A stretch of DNA of 63,688 nt, filler included, from Circinaria calcarea (taxonomy: Eukaryota): the NCBI GenBank assembly GCA_051942165.1. It is 45 parts of 45 records of this genome, joined end to end, with 100 filler letters (N's around TTAATTAATTAA, not from the genome) between each part and the next. Parts side by side here need not be neighbours in the genome. Positions count along the whole stretch, not along the records: positions 60,982 to 62,285 come from JAVECS010004937.1; positions 62,386 to 63,688 come from JAVECS010004938.1; 43 more parts are not named here. One strand, written 5' to 3'. The first letter of the stretch is position 1. Every line of letters begins with the position of its first letter. The notes under the pieces were generated by a model. That model was not told the DNA's origin, did not search any database, and worked only from the letters and a program-made list of their open reading frames with translations. Shown in pieces: positions 61,127 to 63,688 of the stretch. Made by a program: the position numbers and the translations under genes.

Positions 61127-62285
61127 TCATTGCCGTTGGATACAATCCCATTCGTACTAACATCCAACCCAATCAAATCAGTCGTGGTTCCACAAAAAAA
61201 AAAAGGGTAACTAACCCCCCCCTTAAAGCATCTTCGGAGAAAGAAGAAAGAAGAAAAGAAAAAAAAAAAGGTAGTGACTTACGACTCTCCCGTCTGCATC
61301 TCCCGTATACACGACCTGCGCCGTGGGCAAAATACAGGTAATCGCCGCGTTGAGATTGTACCCTGCGGGGTCCATATGGTTCATGCGCTTGACGTGCTCG
61401 AGGACGAAGTGGCCGTCGTGGATGGTCATGTTCCAGATCTGTGTGGATGATTAGTATCGAAAACTGGGAGTTTACTTGGTTTTTTTTTAAAAAACAGTGT
61501 GGGTTCCCCAGGGAGTGGAGAGAGGGACAGGGGAATGTACATTGACGACGCCACGCTCATGACCGGTAAAGACGAGATTATGGGACAAGTACTCGTTCCC
61601 CGAGCCTTCGTAGAAAGCGCACGAGGTAATGGTGTCGTCGCCTTCGACGCAGACGTGCTGTTCCAGGAGGGGTTCACCGTTAAGGGTGAAGAGAGCGACA
61701 GAGGGGCCGCGGCAGAGCATAATGGTTCCAGTGACGTCGTTGATGCGTGTGCACTGTAGTTGTTCATTATCAAGATTCGGTAATATGGTATGTAGAGGAC
61801 ATTACCTCGACTGGTTTCCCTTGTGTCACTTTCCTGATCAGTTCCAAGCGATTGAGATCCCACAGGATGACTTGACCGTCCGAGGAGGCTGAAAGTAATG
61901 AACTGAATGATCGTGAAGTAGCAAGCCTGGTGACGGTCGCTCTATGTCCGAATAGACAGGCTTTGGGAGTCAAGTCTACCAATTTCGCGCCCGTTACTAC
62001 CGCCCAGACACTTATTGTACAATCGACGCCAGCGGTGATTAATGTACGAGAATCTGCAAAGATTGCACCAGAAAGCTGTCCTTGGTGCATGTGTTCGAAT
62101 AGACCGACGAGCTATATATGTCAGATTCTATCTCTTCATGAAAAGAAGGGAGATACGTACCTTTTTGCTATCTGCAGTATAGAATCTTACGCTACCATCT
62201 GTAAAGCCCCACTCCATGTACTTGTCATAGTTTGGAGGCATGTTAAGGCGCAAGGCACCCGATGACACCAAGCGATCGTACTTGG
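61127..62285 (-). CDS. Beige/BEACH protein (Bph1-like), C-terminal WD40 exons
   Basis: LFEHMHQGQLSGAIFADSRTLITAGVDCTISVW..LFGHR..SDGQVILWDLNR, LFTLNGEPLL, LVFTGHERG, VYTGDADGRV|YEWDCIQRQ*. Four introns. Confidence 0.85.
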
Positions 62286-62386
62286 NNNNNNNNNNNNNNN
62301 NNNNNNNNNNNNNNNNNNNNNNNNNNNNNTTAATTAATTAANNNNNNNNNNNNNNNNNNNNNNNNNNNNNNNNNNNNNNNNNNNNG

Positions 62387-62809
62387 GTCGACGGCGGCCA
62401 ATGCACCGTCTCGGTGGAGTGTAAGGACGGCGGCAAGAAGGAGTACGACCATTGGAGCTCTTGTTATGTCGGCGGACGCCAATTCTTCACCGATCCTCGC
62501 ATCGGCGATTTCTCGGTTACCTTCACAAAGAGAGATGGGGGAGAGGGCCAGGGTCTCACCCACCCCATTCTCCAGGTCAAGGCGTTGGATAATTGGAGGG
62601 AGATCCCGGTCACAGATCTCGCGTCCGAAGTGGACGATGCAGCGGATTGCACTTCTAATTGCTATAATGGGCCATGGGTCTGTCGATGGGTGCAAGGTAA
62701 GAACACTCCCATTTTTAGCGATCGCTCTAAGAGGTGGAGCTGCGGCATTCCTGTCGAGGGGGCGAATTTCCCTAAAGACATCAAGTGGGATGATATTTGG
62801 GGAAACTAA
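62387..62809 (+). CDS. Cys-containing, probably secreted hypothetical protein, C-terminal part
   Basis: Open from the contig edge: VDGGQCTVSVECKDG..WSSCYVGGRQFFTDPRIGDFSVTF..PWVC..WSCGIP. 7 Cys in about 140 aa. Confidence 0.7.
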   Translation, partial: VDGGQCTVSVECKDGGKKEYDHWSSCYVGGRQFFTDPRIGDFSVTFTKRDGGEGQGLTHPILQVKALDNWREIPVTDLASEVDDAADCTSNCYNGPWVCRWVQGKNTPIFSDRSKRWSCGIPVEGANFPKDIKWDDIWGN

Positions 62810-63688
62810 ACTCAGGGCGGCGATGAACCAGGGTTTCAGACTCGGGGTTCGGGCTCAGAATCGGGAGGCATGGCCCTGATGATAAGAATCTTTTCAAACC
62901 TTGGAACCATTTCTGTTACGCGCATACCCAGGGGGCCGCGCCTTGCCGGAGGATTAGATAATCGGCCGATCGCCTATAAATAGCACCTGGGCAGTCTTAT
63001 ATGAGTACCGTGGACACCTGTACGATAGCAGTTAGACTTGTTTTTGATATTATATTGAGACCTCACGTTACAGCGGTAGCCAATACCTCAAGATCGCAGT
63101 AAGCCAAGTATCAAAAGGTCTAGGGTAAACTGATTGCTGGGGAAACATTTCTTTCCAGCCTACAATCGGCCCATCTGGGTGACCGGTCATAGCAAAAGTG
63201 ACCAGCAAGAGCAAAGTGGGTTACGGCAATAGTGAGAACCGTTTTGGCCTCTCCTAAGAACTTTCTCCCTGCTCCCAGAGAGGTGCTCTTAAGAGAAAAG
63301 CGCCTTCCTTCCTTCCCGCACACACACACAGCCGGGACACGAGCCAAAACCCCCGTAAAAACCCCTTCAATCTCACCTTACCAGTAGTCATCGTTTAAAA
63401 TTTGCTCGAAGATATTAGCTGCATACAAGATGAATAAGCCCCGAGGGAGTATAAAGGGAGCAGAAACGGAACACGAGAGAGTATAGAGAAGCAAAGGAAG
63501 AGTAAAAGAGAAATAGAAAAGAGAATATTATATTAATGAAATAATTAAATAGCGCGGGAGCAAAAGCGGCGATGGGTTAATTAACTCAATATCACGTGTT
63601 GCCCCAAGTTCGGGGGCTTCTAAGATTTATATTTTCTTTTCTTTTTAATTAGAAACCTTGGTCACTATATATATGCTCGGGGAGCAAC

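Overview
This window is not contiguous DNA. It is 45 unrelated contigs of about 1.3 kb, in decreasing length order, joined by 44 artificial 100-bp linkers (N44-TTAATTAATTAA-N44). Neighbourhood across linkers therefore means nothing. Most contigs come from a filamentous ascomycete (Pezizomycotina) nuclear genome, with GT-AG introns and CTAAC/CTGAC branch sites. Recognisable housekeeping fragments include BRF1, RSE1, SKP1, ARO1, ATP2, TOP2, EME1, a LAMMER kinase, a P4-ATPase, a RhoGAP, a BEACH/WD40 protein, catalase, Maf and an SPT small subunit. Secondary-metabolism fragments are two O-methyltransferases and a thioester-reductase domain. Also present are an intron-containing tRNA-Leu(AAG), transposon remnants (Ty3/Gypsy gag, Tc1, MULE-like and Harbinger-like ends, LTR termini) and direct evidence of RIP. 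One contig is mitochondrial-type: part of nad1 plus an orphan code-4 ORF. The best leads are (i) an intronless ORF at 30298-31209 resembling phage/giant-virus/bacterial glycosyltransferase-like proteins, with a His/Cys insert, (ii) the mitochondrial orphan ORF next to an abruptly starting nad1 segment, and (iii) a host-like gene being destroyed along a RIP gradient. All family assignments come from motif recognition, not database searches.
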